Shown: one piece after another, positions 1 through 12,154 of the stretch | Numbering within the stretch: position 1 is the stretch's first letter | Layout: each line of letters begins with the position of its first letter | Notes under the pieces: model-generated | Told to the model about the DNA's origin: nothing | The model's input: only the letters and a program-made list of their open reading frames with translations | Database searches by the model: none | Assembly (NCBI RefSeq): GCF_023055435.1 | Contig: NW_025963779.1 | Span: 86,614,001 to 86,678,000, forward strand | From: Haliotis rufescens | Taxonomy: Eukaryota | DNA: 64,000 nt | Reading direction: 5' to 3' | Position numbers and translations under genes: made by a program

Positions 1-362
1 AATGTAAGGAATATAACAAAAGGAGAGATACATTCGTTTAGGGCGTAATCGAGAAACACGATTAAAATAATGTAAACACATTTTTCTTAATGCAATGCCT
101 ATGGCCAATGTGTTTGCCAACTGTGGACTAGAAATAGTGATATAATAGCGTGTCAAATTATCATATTGAATGAAAGCTGAAGAAAGATTTGAAAGCATGC
201 TGAACGGAAAGGCCCGAAAGTCATACCTCATTGATGTTTGAGCATAAACAAGATAAGCATGATTTCGTTTATTATTGGGAAATATCTGCTGTAGGTAATT
301 GTCTCAAACGCTGATTCTCTACCTCAATGTAATGTTCTTCAAGGTCGACTTGTTTCCTAGAG

Positions 363-682
363 GTGAGTGAAGTGAAATTGAGTTTAACGTCGCGTCCAAG
401 ATTATAATGTGTGTGGCTGCTTGGACTAGTCCGGACTGATGCCGATTTATAGTGCTAGCTCACAGAGATACCACGCCGCAGTTTAACATGCATACCCCAC
501 TCAGACACAGCATACTGATTCCGCATCGAACAGTCCTTCTTTTAGCCTCTTAATGCCGAGCGCCAGACAGGGTAACAACAAGTACCATCTTTTAACGACT
601 TTCAATATAACGCGGCCGGGGATCGAACCTCGGAACCTCCGCTCTCCGGGCGGACGCTCTACCACTAGACCACGGAGGCGGT
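363..682 (-). mobile_element. tRNA-derived SINE with Meta/MESC-like central domain
   Basis: Minus strand reads ACCGCCTCCGTGGTCTAGTGGTAGAGCG (A box) ... GGTTCGATCCCC (B box), then GTTAAAAGATGGTACTTGTTG...TGGCGCTCGGCATTAAGAG (Meta-domain-like, from memory), ending in a CACTCAC tail. Confidence 0.75.
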
Positions 683-935
683 CTGTTTCCTTGGCATTAC
701 CGGTTCGGCATGATCTGCCTACCCTTTCCGCTAACAGTTGTCCATTCATATTATTTTCAAAACCATTTTGCACACCAAAATGGAATCTGTTACGGCAGAT
801 GATCTAGACTGGTTATTCTCTTGCATTGACATTTACTTATTGTCCTCGTCTAAAAACAAATATAAATCACACAGCTAATTGAACAGGACATGTGACACGT
901 CGACAGTTGTATATTTTTTCTCCCTCTCCTTCCAG

Positions 936-1041
936 TTTCAAATGTCTCCAGCCTATCGACCCCATTGTGTTGGACGTATGTCAGGAAGAAAACAAGCTCT
1001 CCAAGGTCGTCGCTATCTCCATGTCCAGTAGCAAGCAACAT
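936..1041 (+). CDS. Internal coding exon of mucin-like membrane protein gene (FKCLQPIDPIVLDVCQEENKLSKVVAISMSSSKQH)
   Basis: Strong acceptor ttttttctccctctccttccag, donor CAT|gtgagt, open frame, and a phase-0 end that matches the next exon. Confidence 0.65.
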
Positions 1042-1446
1042 GTGAGTTGAGCAAATCTGACATTAATTTAATCATTACCACGTGTGTCCGTCCACCAGAT
1101 AGAAGGTCCCATTGTTTGTCACCATTGATCAGAGACTTGGTCTTGGGTTCTGTTACATCCCCGGTGTTAGGATGTGTGCTATGCTGGAGAAAGGAAACAG
1201 GATTGACCGTGTCATAGTTACAGTAGTTGACACGTCGTGCGTGATGATGACGATCATGATGTTTGCCCAGAGTTGTATTGATTACTTTAGTAAATTAGTT
1301 CATGTTGACACACTGGGACACCGAGACCATGGAACAGAACCAGTAAAGTGCTTATCAACATACATTAAACATGTATACATTTCAAAACATGATAGATATT
1401 GGTGCTGCGATGACTTCTGATAATGTCTGTAGATTACTTTTGTCTT

Positions 1447-1590
1447 GCGTTCGCTCGTCACGCCGAAGACCCGGGTTCTATTCACGACATGGGTACAACG
1501 TGTGACACCCATTTCTGGTGTCCCCCGCCGTGATATTGCTGGAATATTGCTAAAAGCTGCGTAAAATCAAACTTACCTATTCACTCACTT
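1447..1590 (+). mobile_element. 5'-truncated tRNA-derived SINE (family of 12497-12660), intronic
   Basis: gcgttcgctcgtcacgccgaagacccggg...gatattgctggaatattgctaaaagc...cactcac, matching the full-length copies. Confidence 0.8.
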
Positions 1591-1620
1591 TTGTATGATA
1601 ATATCTAGAGTGCTCAAGTT

Positions 1621-2046
1621 CACCCTATAACGTTTGACACTTAACCAATTGCATAGCTCGTTGAGATAATATTGCAATTTTAGAAATATTAGAATCAGAA
1701 GACGTTTGCCCTATAACGATTGACACTTAACCAATTGCATTGCTCGTTGAGATAATATTGCAATTTTAGAAATCTTAGAATAAGAAGACGTTCGCCCTAT
1801 AACAATTGACACTTAACCAATTGCATTGCTCGTTGAGATAATATTGCAATTTTAGAAATCTTAGAATCAGAAGACGTTCGCCCTATAACAATTGACACTT
1901 AACCAATTGCATTTCTCGTTGAGATAATATTGCAATTTTAGAAATCTTAGAATCAGAAGACGTTCGCCCTGTAACGATTGGCACTTAACCAATTGCATTG
2001 CTCGTTGAGATAATATTGCAATTTTAGAAATCTTAAAATCAGAAGT
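1621..2046. repeat. 86-bp tandem repeat, about 5 copies, intronic
   Basis: ccct(a/g)taac recurs at 1623, 1709, 1795, 1881 and 1967. Confidence 0.95.
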
Positions 2047-2267
2047 ATGCACCAAGTTGAACACGATGACTGGTTGTGCGGGCATGCAGTTTGGGGAGAC
2101 TGTCCAAACCTCTTTGCAGGTGCAACATTATTTCAAGAATAGGGGAAAAACAATTTATACAATCATAAAAAGTCTATTGTCCTTGTTTTAGATATTAATA
2201 AGTTATATGTCTAACATGGTCCACCATTGTTTGCTTCCACTGTACACGTATGTTGACGATGTTGCAG

Positions 2268-2416
2268 GGGGGTAGCCTATCGGTGGAGTTGTCACTGGTG
2301 GTACATGACGATGACGTTGCCGAGGTCTTGGACGTGTTTCAAGTTCACTCAAGTCTCCAGTCCACCAGCGAGGGGGTCACGAGACTCGAGGCTATTGGCA
2401 GAGACAGACAGACCAG
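2268..2416 (+). CDS. Internal coding exon of mucin-like membrane protein gene (GGSLSVELSLVVHDDDVAEVLDVFQVHSSLQSTSEGVTRLEAIGRDRQT)
   Basis: Acceptor gttgcag| and donor AG|gtgatt; open frame; phase-2 end (AG) joins G at 2679 in frame with the long ORF. Confidence 0.7.
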
Positions 2417-2678
2417 GTGATTACGATAAGGGTGATAAATTAAAGGGGAGGGGTGGTGCAAGGAGGGGCTATACTCAACGATGTCATCGTAATAAAAGAT
2501 TTGTGTCTGTGTGTAATGATAATTGGTTTCACACCTTTCAAAATGCAAATAATGCAGACCCATATGTTGGTGTTTGGGGGATAAATTGTAAGGAAGCAAA
2601 ATGGGTAATGTAAAGGTCATAATTTATGAAACATAATGTAAACACATTATTGTTAAAGGATATTATTTTTCTTTCCAG

Positions 2679-4755
2679 GATCCAAATTGCCCTTCACCGA
2701 ACCTGTATCTCACCTAGCATGATGGTTCTAGACCGGTCTAGGAGAGAAAACAAACTGGGTAATGGACCTGTTCAGATCAGTATCACAGACCGCTTGTCGA
2801 GTAGTTCAGCGAGAGAAGAGAGTATCTTCTCCGGAGAAGGCGAGCAGTGGACTTCATCTTTGGACGACCTTGTGAAGGACTCTCTCCATCGGCTCCAGGA
2901 GCGGATGACAGACGCAATGAATTCGGTTTCTTCCAGCATTGCTACGGCTTCTGATACTCCAGGATCTACCTCTGTGCAGACGGAAACGGAAACACAAGCG
3001 ACGACGCCTTCGACTTCACCAACATCTACTGAATATGCAACAATGTCAAAAACACAAACAGTTTCGGATGCAACAACTACATCGACACCATATACAACCA
3101 CTGAGACTACCCGAGTTTCATCAGCCCCACCCACAAAGAAGACTGCTGAAGTTGAGAGGGATATAGAACCCAAACCAGTCAATAGAAAGCCAGGTTTAAT
3201 GGAAGATGAGGAATTTAAATGGGCAGCTGATGAACAAGAACCTCGTGTCATAAAACAGATAAATGATCAGGATTTTCTTGATCAGCTTTTGGACTCTCTC
3301 CGTGACGGTGCCAATGTTAATCCTGTCAGAGGCCCTCCTACACCTCTATCTTTCTCTAAACCGCATGTTCCAACAACTACTTTGTCGACAACAACTACTG
3401 TCCCACCACCAGTGCCTACAAGAACTACGCCTGGCGTTTCGTCTTCAGTAAAAACACCATCAGCTCGAGGAGTAGACTTCAACCCATGGTCAGAAATAAT
3501 CAACCCAAAATCAACCAACGGCACCGATGGAAGTCCAAGTGATGAGAAAGTAAAGTTAAATATCGGTGTGGGTGATGGCGAGACAAACGATGATCTGAAC
3601 CCTCTTGTAGGTGTGCCAACAGGGAAGCCAGTGGTAAACGCAGATGATGCAGCGACGAGTTCAATTACTCTACCACGTCCAAGCCCAACTACAGCATCAA
3701 CAACATCGACAACAGCGACAACATCTGCAACCACAACTCCAGATTTGACAAGTAGTGGGTTGCAAGAAACATTCTCATCAAAGACGACAGACTCCACAAC
3801 AAGGGCCGGGACGACAAACCGTTTCGTACCAGACAACCCACCAATCGCTAGAGTGACAAAACAAGCACCAAAAGAAGAAATTTCTCCGAGAACCCCTGAC
3901 ACAACTACAGTGGTATCAACATCTACGGCATCAACACCCGCAGGTGAAACCGTGTCGCCAGTCACTACATCTAATAACAAACTTAGAGAGTTGAAGTTGA
4001 TAGACACAACAACCGACTCTGGGAACACTCGTAACGATGTCATCAGGGCAGGGACAACAACTGACAAATCTATAGGCACAACACAAACCCCTACGTCTAC
4101 GACCCTAGAAGCATCATCATCATCATCATCATCAACAACAAGAACAACTACTACACCAACCACAACACCGACTACGACAACTATTACAACGACAGAGGCA
4201 ACAACGGCAAAGAAATCAGCCACTACATCGACTACACGGTCAACTACTCCAACACCAAGTACGACTGCAACAACAACAACAACAACAACAATTAACCCGA
4301 GTCCATCCACTCGCAACAATAAACCTAATCCTCCATCAACAGCTACCGCAACGACAACTTCCACCACCCCAACCACCACAACGATTAACGTCACAAAAAC
4401 GTCACCAGCTTTGAAAGCAACTACACCTGTGTCACCTGGAATCAATTCCTCGTCAACATCAACACAGGCACCGCCCAGCACTACTACCGTGATAACAACT
4501 CCTTTTGAAGATCTGTCATCAGGACACACGCCAGGCCCACTGCTAGCTACCAGCAGTGAGTCCAAAGCTGGAGGACTTTCTGTTTCCGTTTCGGGAGATC
4601 CGGAAAATGACGACACTTTCTGGCCTGTCGTGGCAGCACTGGTGATTGGGATACCGTCGATCATCGTGTTTGGAATAGCTATAACTGTTATACATAAAAG
4701 GAGGTTAGGCCACCCTACTCGTTTTAGATCACAGTCCACGTACCCATCGCTTTAG
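2679..4755 (+). CDS. Terminal exon: Thr/Ser/Pro-rich mucin-like ectodomain, one transmembrane helix, short cytoplasmic tail
   Basis: 709-codon ORF with an internal acceptor tatttttctttccag at 2678; long T/S/P runs; hydrophobic FWPVVAALVIGIPSIIVFGIAITVI followed by the stop-transfer HKRR; tail ends SQSTYPSL*. Confidence 0.88.
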
Positions 4756-5825
4756 TGCGCACGTCACGCTTCACCCCAGCACCCACAAGTCAAGGTAGGC
4801 ATGCGCAGTGAGCATATCCTGTGCAGTGACCTTGACTTTCACTCCCTTTACATAATGCATTACCACTATATAGCAACCAGTATTAGTATTCACCTGACTA
4901 ACAGCATGTATTGTACCCCCATGTATCATGTATAGATCTCTGCACTTGCACTGCATGCAGTAGGTCACCCAGTTCTGTAGAGGAAGTTATATGTTTTAAC
5001 TACCCGGCGTCGTACAATGCACACATACTGTATCAGCCAGTTGCACATATGACTTTAAAGGGGAGTTGGCTCCAGCTTTCTGGCATTCCCAGCAACTTTG
5101 ATTCAAGTTTCTTAAACACCCTTCGTCTGTTGCTAGTTTTTGTCATTTGGTAACAGTTAGTAAGTGTCCAAATTACCCAGAGACAATGTCAAAGTGTCAT
5201 ACATGGTATTAGTTATTGCGTCTAGAACTAGACTGAAAATGGACACAAGACAGTGAAGCATAGTCTCCTTTTAAATATGACCGGGGAAGACTATTGTCTA
5301 GTTTCAGTCTATGTTTAGAGTCAGTACATTGAGTCAACTGTAACATTGCATCTGTGTTATAAGAATGGCGTGAATCAACACCTGCTTGGTGTCCCAAGTG
5401 ACTAGAGCTTCCCTGTTTCCGTTGTCGCGATACATTTATGTAAATTAAAATAGAATTCCCATACTTTAGCTCGTAAAAACACATTTGACATATGGAACAC
5501 TGACTGTCTTTTCGACTACCTAGTTCAGGAACAAAGTTGAAAAAAACCAAAGAATTCAAAAGGTAGTTAATGTTAACCTGAGTCATCCGCTTTTCCTTTT
5601 GACTCCTGGATAATTCCGATAGAAAAACATAACATGTAAACTCTGTCGCCATCAGTCAGCGTCTAAATGCAAGACCTCAGGACGACCTCGAGGTATGTCC
5701 TGTTGACGTGGCTTGGCAGCCCTGTGCACTCGTCAAGACGGTTATCTTATGTAAGCTATAAACATCGCAAGTACCCTCACAACGACCCTAGAATGTGTTC
5801 GTGTGATGTCATGTCTTGACGGCTC

Positions 5826-5828
<3 letters not shown>

Positions 5829-5913
<85 letters not shown>
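5829..5913. repeat. (GA)n microsatellite
   Basis: Perfect GA run of about 42 units. Confidence 0.99.
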
Positions 5914-5916
<3 letters not shown>

Positions 5917-6717
5917 GACACTAATGAGGTACAAATCTTGTATTAACACAACCTATCGTCTTCTGAGAACAAAGCCTCGGGTCACGTGATAAAGTCATTT
6001 CATTGTGTGAGAAGTTTTCAGATAGCCACAGGTTAGGATGTGAAGATTTGGCACGTTCGTACGGTTTAACCTCATTGTGTGTACACACTGCAGTGCGCCT
6101 CGTTACAATGCATGGCTGTTCGCACAAAGGATACAACATCTCAGAAACAATGTGTTACATGTGTACCTCAGTACTGAACGGGAAATTGCTTAAATATCTT
6201 AAATATATTGCCAGTCACAAGGTGAACCTGTGAAGCTCGCACTCTCTCAAAAACATGTAAAATTGAATTAGATAGCTTGACGCTGAAATATTACTTGTCA
6301 GTTTTACGAGAACATAATTTAATATAAAGATATGTGTGATTATATAATTAAAAGAATGTTGGTAATGAAACGAAAGTAAACCCGGGCAGCGGGCACTCAC
6401 TTAAAACAAGTACACTCTAATTGGATAGATAACTGCTGAAGTACTTATTGCCACTGCCATGTTTCAGGTTGCATAATGAAAACATTTAAAAATAGAATTA
6501 AAAAGACTGTCAGTATTAAAATTCGAACGTATAAAGCGAAAGTATACCTCCAAACTTCGTGCTTATTTTAAGTGAATAAGCTAGCTTAATTTTAAAAAGT
6601 AATAATAGTGTTGTTTTTCATTATGAGAACATGTTTTGAAAATCATGTTTGTACGAACCACCAGTTGAACCACCAGTTGAATACATCAAGAACTATTTTA
6701 TGTTAACTACGAGTGAG

Positions 6718-6779
6718 TGAGTGAGTGAGTGAATATTGCTTAACGCCGCATCAGCAATTTTGCAGCTATTCGCGGCGAG
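6718..6779 (-). mobile_element. Severely 5'-truncated SINE 3' end with 14-bp TSD
   Basis: taactacgagtgag at 6704-6717 and 6780-6793 flanks a shared SINE 3' module plus an (ACTC)n tail. Confidence 0.7.
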
Positions 6780-6791
6780 TAACTACGAGTG

Positions 6792-6994
6792 AGACGCGTT
6801 GTGACAAGTGCCGTAGAGGTAGACGCGTTGTGACAAGTGCCGTAGAGGTAGACGCGTTTTGACAAATGCCATAGAGGTAGACACGTTTTGACAAGTGTCG
6901 TAGAGGTAGACGCGTTTTGACAAGTGCCGTAGAGGTAGACACGTTTTGACAAGTGCCGTAGAGGTAGACACGTTTTGACAAGTGCCGTAGAGGT
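6792..6994. repeat. 29-bp minisatellite, about 7 copies
   Basis: Unit gtagacgcgttttgacaagtgccgtagag. Confidence 0.95.
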
Positions 6995-7389
6995 ATGGTA
7001 GATTACAGCAGGTTACTAATTATACGATATACCTATTGCAGTCCGTAACTGAGTTTCTAGTTTTGAACGAGTATGCAGCTTATTGGATTAAGCAGCGTTT
7101 GAAATGAGCTTTCAATGAACAGCTTTAAAAAATAAAATACAACCCATATTTACACTCAATGCAAATACCCTGATCAGTATTCGATATAGTGAGGTAAGTG
7201 TCATATTGAATATACAAAGTTTATGAATAATCATAATAGTAGGTTGCTACTTATGTACACTAGCGACTGCCTGCTACTATGTCCGTGCTAATAGTTTTAT
7301 TTTGCTTTCTTTCAGGAAAATCGACACCAGCCGAGCATTTTATTTAGGCGGGCACCACCACCGGCATTCAATTGATGTTTGACATTCTC

Positions 7390-7568
7390 CGATAAGCCAA
7401 GAGCGTTCTGAAAGCTATGTGTGATTCCAAACACGAAATTCTCAAAATTTTAAATAATTTTGATATTTTTATACTTTGGTGTGTAAATGGTGTATGTAAT
7501 ATTGTTGTTGTGTTGTGATGTCTGAACGGTCAGTGTGCATGTAAATTCAAAACGCTTTTGGCTTATCG
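7390..7568. mobile_element. MITE-like element with imperfect ~23-bp terminal inverted repeats
   Basis: cgataagccaagagcgttctgaa ... ttcaaaacgcttttggcttatcg. Confidence 0.55.
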
Positions 7569-7928
7569 TGTCGTCGTCCTAAATCTGCTCAATGAAGAAG
7601 CTGGCCTGGTGCTTGAGCTGGCATCAGGCCCGGCACGCTAGTATTGTCCTATCTTATCAAGCAACAGTCCTGGTGTTAGGATCTCAGTAACGGTGGCGCC
7701 AGGTACGACTGGAGGGCAAAACATTCGTACAGTGAGATTTGTTGCATGTTTGTTATGCCAATGTATAATTATTTTTTTCTTGTGGTGCATACGTGCAGTT
7801 TGTTGTAAGTTGATACATTATACTGTCGTGATTGTCAAGACCCAGGCTCATGGCCCGCCCTCGCTATACAGCCTTAGAACATGAAGCCATGCCGTCCAAC
7901 GGCTAATGGAGCCTAGATTAGATTGTGC

Positions 7929-8603
7929 CCCTGTATACAGCTCCTACAACCTGGAGCAAGTTGCCACTCCCCCTATATACAGCTCCTACAACCTGGAGCA
8001 GGTTGCCACTCCCCCTTTATACAGCTCCTACAACCTGGAGCAGGTTGCCACTCTCCCTATATACAGCTCCTACAACCTGGAGCAGGTTGCCACTCCCCCA
8101 TTATACAGCTCCTACAACCTGGAGCAGGTTGCCACTCCCCCTTTATACAGCTCCTACAACCTGGAGCAGGTTGCCACTCCCCCTTTATACAGCTCCTACA
8201 ACCTGGAGCAGGTTCCCACTCCCCCTTTATACAGCTCCTACAACCTGGAGCAGGTAGCCACTCCCCCTTTATACAGCTCCTACAACCTGGAGCAGGTTCC
8301 CATTCCCCCTTTATACAGCTCCTACAACCTGGAGCAGGTAGCCACTCCCCCTATATACAGCTCCTACAACCTGGAGCAGGTTGCCTCTCCCCCTTTATAC
8401 AGCTCCTACAACCTGGAGCAGGTTGCCACTCCCCCTTTATACAGCTCCTACAACCTGGAGCAGGTTGCCACTCCCCCTATATTCAGCTCCTACAACCTGG
8501 AGCAGGTTGCCACTCCCCCTTTATACAGCTCCTACAACCTGGAGCAGGTTGCCACTCCCCCTATATACAGCTCCTACAACCTGGAGCAGGTTGCCACTCC
8601 CCC
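7929..8603. repeat. 42-bp minisatellite, about 16 copies
   Basis: Unit ctcctacaacctggagcaggttgccactccccctttatacag. Confidence 0.97.
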
Positions 8604-8794
8604 TTACACGATTTTATACGACCCAGGCGACCAAAACGTCTTCACCGCCCACAGAACCTATCAGTAATGATTTCCGTATTCTCCTTTTAGATTGGCCGTA
8701 GAATGGTATGGTTGTCCAGACTGTTGTCCCCTTTCAACCATCAGTGTAACCTGGACCAGAATATCCCATGATTTCTGTGCTATACCGCTCATCG

Positions 8795-9105
8795 AACCTA
8801 GATCCAGGCTGCACCCCCTCTCCCTTCACCCCTCATAGAGCTTAGATCAAGGCTGCATCCCCTTCACCCCTCATAGAGCCTAGATCAAGGCTGCACCCCC
8901 CTTCATCCCTCATTGAGCCTAGATCCAGGATGCACCCCCCCCCCCCCCCCCCCCCTTCACCCCTCATAGAGCCTTGATTCAGGCTGCACCCCATTCTCCT
9001 CTCCAATTCACCCTCATAGAGCCTAGATCCAGGTTGCACCCCATTCTCCTCCCCCTTCACCCCTCATTGAGCCTAGATACATGCTGCACCCCCTCCCCCT
9101 TCAGC
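8795..9105. repeat. ~41-bp C-rich minisatellite with poly-C tract (copies at 26405-27025 and 43620-43880)
   Basis: Unit catagagcctagatccaggctgcaccccctctcccttcacccct. Confidence 0.9.
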
Positions 9106-9475
9106 CCTCAGATATACATACAAACGTCAAAAGAAGTAGACGTTCGAAGTAAAACGTGAGCTTGATCCTGTGCTGAGATCACGAGGGTCGGAACTTGGCG
9201 GACACCTGACAGGAAGTACAATCTCAGTCCTGTACCACAATGCTCTGCTTCCTGCTAGTGATGACGTCACGTACATCAAGTCACCTCACTGTAGCAGAGC
9301 TCTACGAATTGTAGATTAGAAACGGCTTCTTTCAGTAGACTAATCGGATTTACGCTTAACTCAGCTTTGCAAAAGCAGGCTAGACGTATATGATTTGTTC
9401 TTGTCTATTTATTTCACCTTTCGTTGTGTAAATACCATCTACGTCATTCTATGTATATGTACATAATACGCGCGT

Positions 9476-9554
9476 ATGTGTGTGCGTGTGTGTGCGTGTG
9501 CGTGTGTGTGTGCATGTGCGTGTGTGCGTGTGTGCGTGTGTGTGCGTGTGTGTA
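9476..9554. repeat. Imperfect (TG)n/(TGCG)n microsatellite (also about 27390, 44250, 60150)
   Basis: Seen directly. Confidence 0.9.
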
Positions 9555-9909
9555 CATCATGTTAATAGACATTTGTATATTAATAATCCGTCACTGTAAA
9601 TATATATTTCCGGACAGATCAAATTGGTAAATTGAAAGTCATGAAGCTGTCATACCAACCTCCTTGACAATGATGGCTGCATAGCTAAACAACAGGTTAT
9701 ATTATCAAGATTATTTTTCACGTGACTGTGTTCAGTAGTGTTGAAACGATTCATCGACTCATCAATTCATCCCGATATCAAAACCAACGCTACGATACAC
9801 AACAAGTTACGGTTGGGTGTTTAAACGGGAAATATTCAATATATAACTGTTTTACACACTTCTCATATTCTACAAGCTGACCGACACACTTGTTTTCTAT
9901 TTATAGACC

Positions 9910-10062
9910 GGGGCAGTGGGGTAGCCTAGTGGCTGAAGCGTAAGATCGTCACGCCGAAGTCCTGGGGCTCGATTTGCCACATGGGTACAGTGTGTGAATT
10001 CCATGCCAGGTGTGATATTGCTGGAATATTCCTAAAAGCGGCGTAAAACCATACCCACTCAC
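9910..10062 (+). mobile_element. tRNA-derived SINE, older diverged copy (orthologous copies 27821-27974, 44618-44771, 60579-60735)
   Basis: A-box-like tagcctagtgg, degenerate B box, and the 3' module gatattgctggaatatt...cggcgtaaaac + cactcact. Confidence 0.8.
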
Positions 10063-11236
10063 TACCATGCAGTTTGGGGCTGCATTGGGATTATCATGGA
10101 TTCGCTGCTGTATCAAACTAGCACTCCGTGCGTACAGCTTTACTCTGGAGTTGTGTAAACGGGTACGGATTGTGACGTCAGTGAATCGTTCCAGCTCCTC
10201 TATTCACTTAATGTAAACGCCTTCCTACTTTCATGCTTTTCTCCCCAAAATTAGAGGTAGTCATCAAGTCATTTTAAAAGGTTAGAAGACCTAACTTTGC
10301 ATGAGTCCTAAATACTTCACAAATGAATTGTCCTTCTTCACACATAATCGGCACGACATCTTGTTTAAACGTATCTCGCATTACAACAATCAAACTAGTA
10401 ATCGTATTTTCCTTGTGTCTTGTTATATAAAGTTTACACTCAAATCGTTGATGACTACCTTTAAGCAGTGAAGCCGTGAAGCCGTGAAGCCGTGATATAA
10501 CTGAAATACTGTTTAGTCGGCTCGTTCACTGTAATTAATAGTTTGTCATTGTAAACATGTACATAGTGATGTATCTGGTACATGTACGTACGCTTCATCC
10601 ATTTGTACATAATGTTCTGTGTATATAACATCATGTCTTCATCGTTCTAATAATCGAATAAAACAATATCAATATAACCGTTCGTGTGTTTGTATATATT
10701 TATCTGAAATATCGGCATGTAGGTATTGTCGCATATCACTTATCCAAGGTTGTATTTATTTACCAAATGAAAAGTGGTTATGAATTTTTCACACATTGTT
10801 TATGGGCAGGCTATCATATTCATACAAAAATAACATTATTTCGTGGGTACAGAAATTGATTTGTTTGCATGTGATAGAGATACAATCATAATCACATCTA
10901 AGGTGTTGACGTTTAAATTAGAATTAAAATGTGAAACAAAATCCCCACTCTTATTGCATGGTCATGATATTATGCTATAGGCGGGAAAGATAGATCCATA
11001 TGACCATCACCATCACTTATTTTGCTATTTTGTTTAAAAATCCGGATTGATTTCAACGTTATGGAAATATGTGGGCATGTATATTATTAACCATTTTGCT
11101 CAGCTTGGCCCATAGAGAGAGTCTGGTCAGTAAGACTTTATATTTTCATTAAATCGTGTTTGAAAACGTGTAGTTTGGAAAGATGTGGGGTCCGTCTCTA
11201 CATATGAAGTTGACAGTGACAACCAGGACTAGGTGT

Positions 11237-11716
11237 TGAGTGAGTGAGTGAGTGAGTGAGTTAGTGGGTGGGCTGGTGAGTGGGTGAGTGAGTGGGTGGG
11301 CTGGTGAGTGAGTGAGTGGGTGGGCTGGTGAGTGAGTGAATGAGTGAGTGGGTAGGCTGGTGAGTGAGTGAGTGAGTGAGTGGGTGGGCTGGTGAGTGAG
11401 TTAGTTAGTGAATGAGTGATGCAGGTCGTAGATGTCCATTGCCGTGGTGAAACCCACGAGCATGAGTATCGTGTCGACAAACCTAGAAACCTAATCAGGG
11501 CGAATCGGGGTGTGCAACCAGTGATCAAAGGTTTCTCGAAGGCCTCTGCACAGCGAATTGGCCTATGAGCACGGGTATGGTGCTGACAAACCTAGAAACA
11601 TAATCGGGGCGATCCGGGATTCGAACCCACAATCATAAGTCTCTGGCGTGCCCAAGGAACGCAACTCTGCACAGCGAATCGCGGCGCCTTAGACGACTGG
11701 GCCGCCCGTGCCCCCT
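11237..11716 (-). mobile_element. Composite V-SINE-like copies with a tail expanded into a (GAGT)/(GGGTGGGCTGGT) repeat
   Basis: Head on minus strand GGCCCAGTCGTCTAAGGCG...GGTTCGAATCCC; homologous to the intact copy at 61832-62114. Related blocks at 29145-29315, 45105-45492 and 62205-62640. Confidence 0.7.
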
Positions 11717-12154
11717 ATAGGGCATTTAGAGTGTAGTGTGATAGATTATGGTTCAACATCGAGTGACATGTTCCCCGATGATGATGAATGTCTCTGTAAA
11801 TTATTTTTTAAATGCGTTCAGAAGAAACTCAAGATAACTCATACCTTATTTATTACACTAATATATGAAGGTCGGTTATTATAATCTACGAAACAATACA
11901 GTGTAGTACAACATGTATTTGGGTGACTGTGAACAGTACAAACCGCTACGAGCGTGGGGAAATGCACGGAACGCCAGCATGAGTCTTGTTCTGTGCATAA
12001 AACATAAGATTGTGTAGTGAGCGTGTTCTTGCTGCACCTGTGCAAGGGTTTTCTCTTCTTGTTGGTGGAGTGGTCGAGTGACAACTTCTCTTCCTTGTAC
12101 ACAGTTCTTGTGAAATATTAAAAACTCTTTTTTTATTACGAGTTATTGTCTTGT

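Noticed and set aside
3282-4739. 485-aa Val-rich minus-strand ORF (and 2772-3251)
   Set aside because: Antisense shadow of the Thr-rich mucin codons.
6366-6381. ISRE/IRF-like GAAA repeats here and at about 14248-14266
   Set aside because: Short, imperfect motifs that are common in AT-rich DNA; no independent support.
7929-8603. CRISPR-like array
   Set aside because: Head-to-tail repeats with no unique spacers, no cas genes, and a eukaryotic context.
7929-8603. Each 42-bp unit as a micro-exon (ccccctttatacag|...cag|gttgcc)
   Set aside because: The implied 23-nt introns are too short for typical metazoan splicing and the donor is weak.
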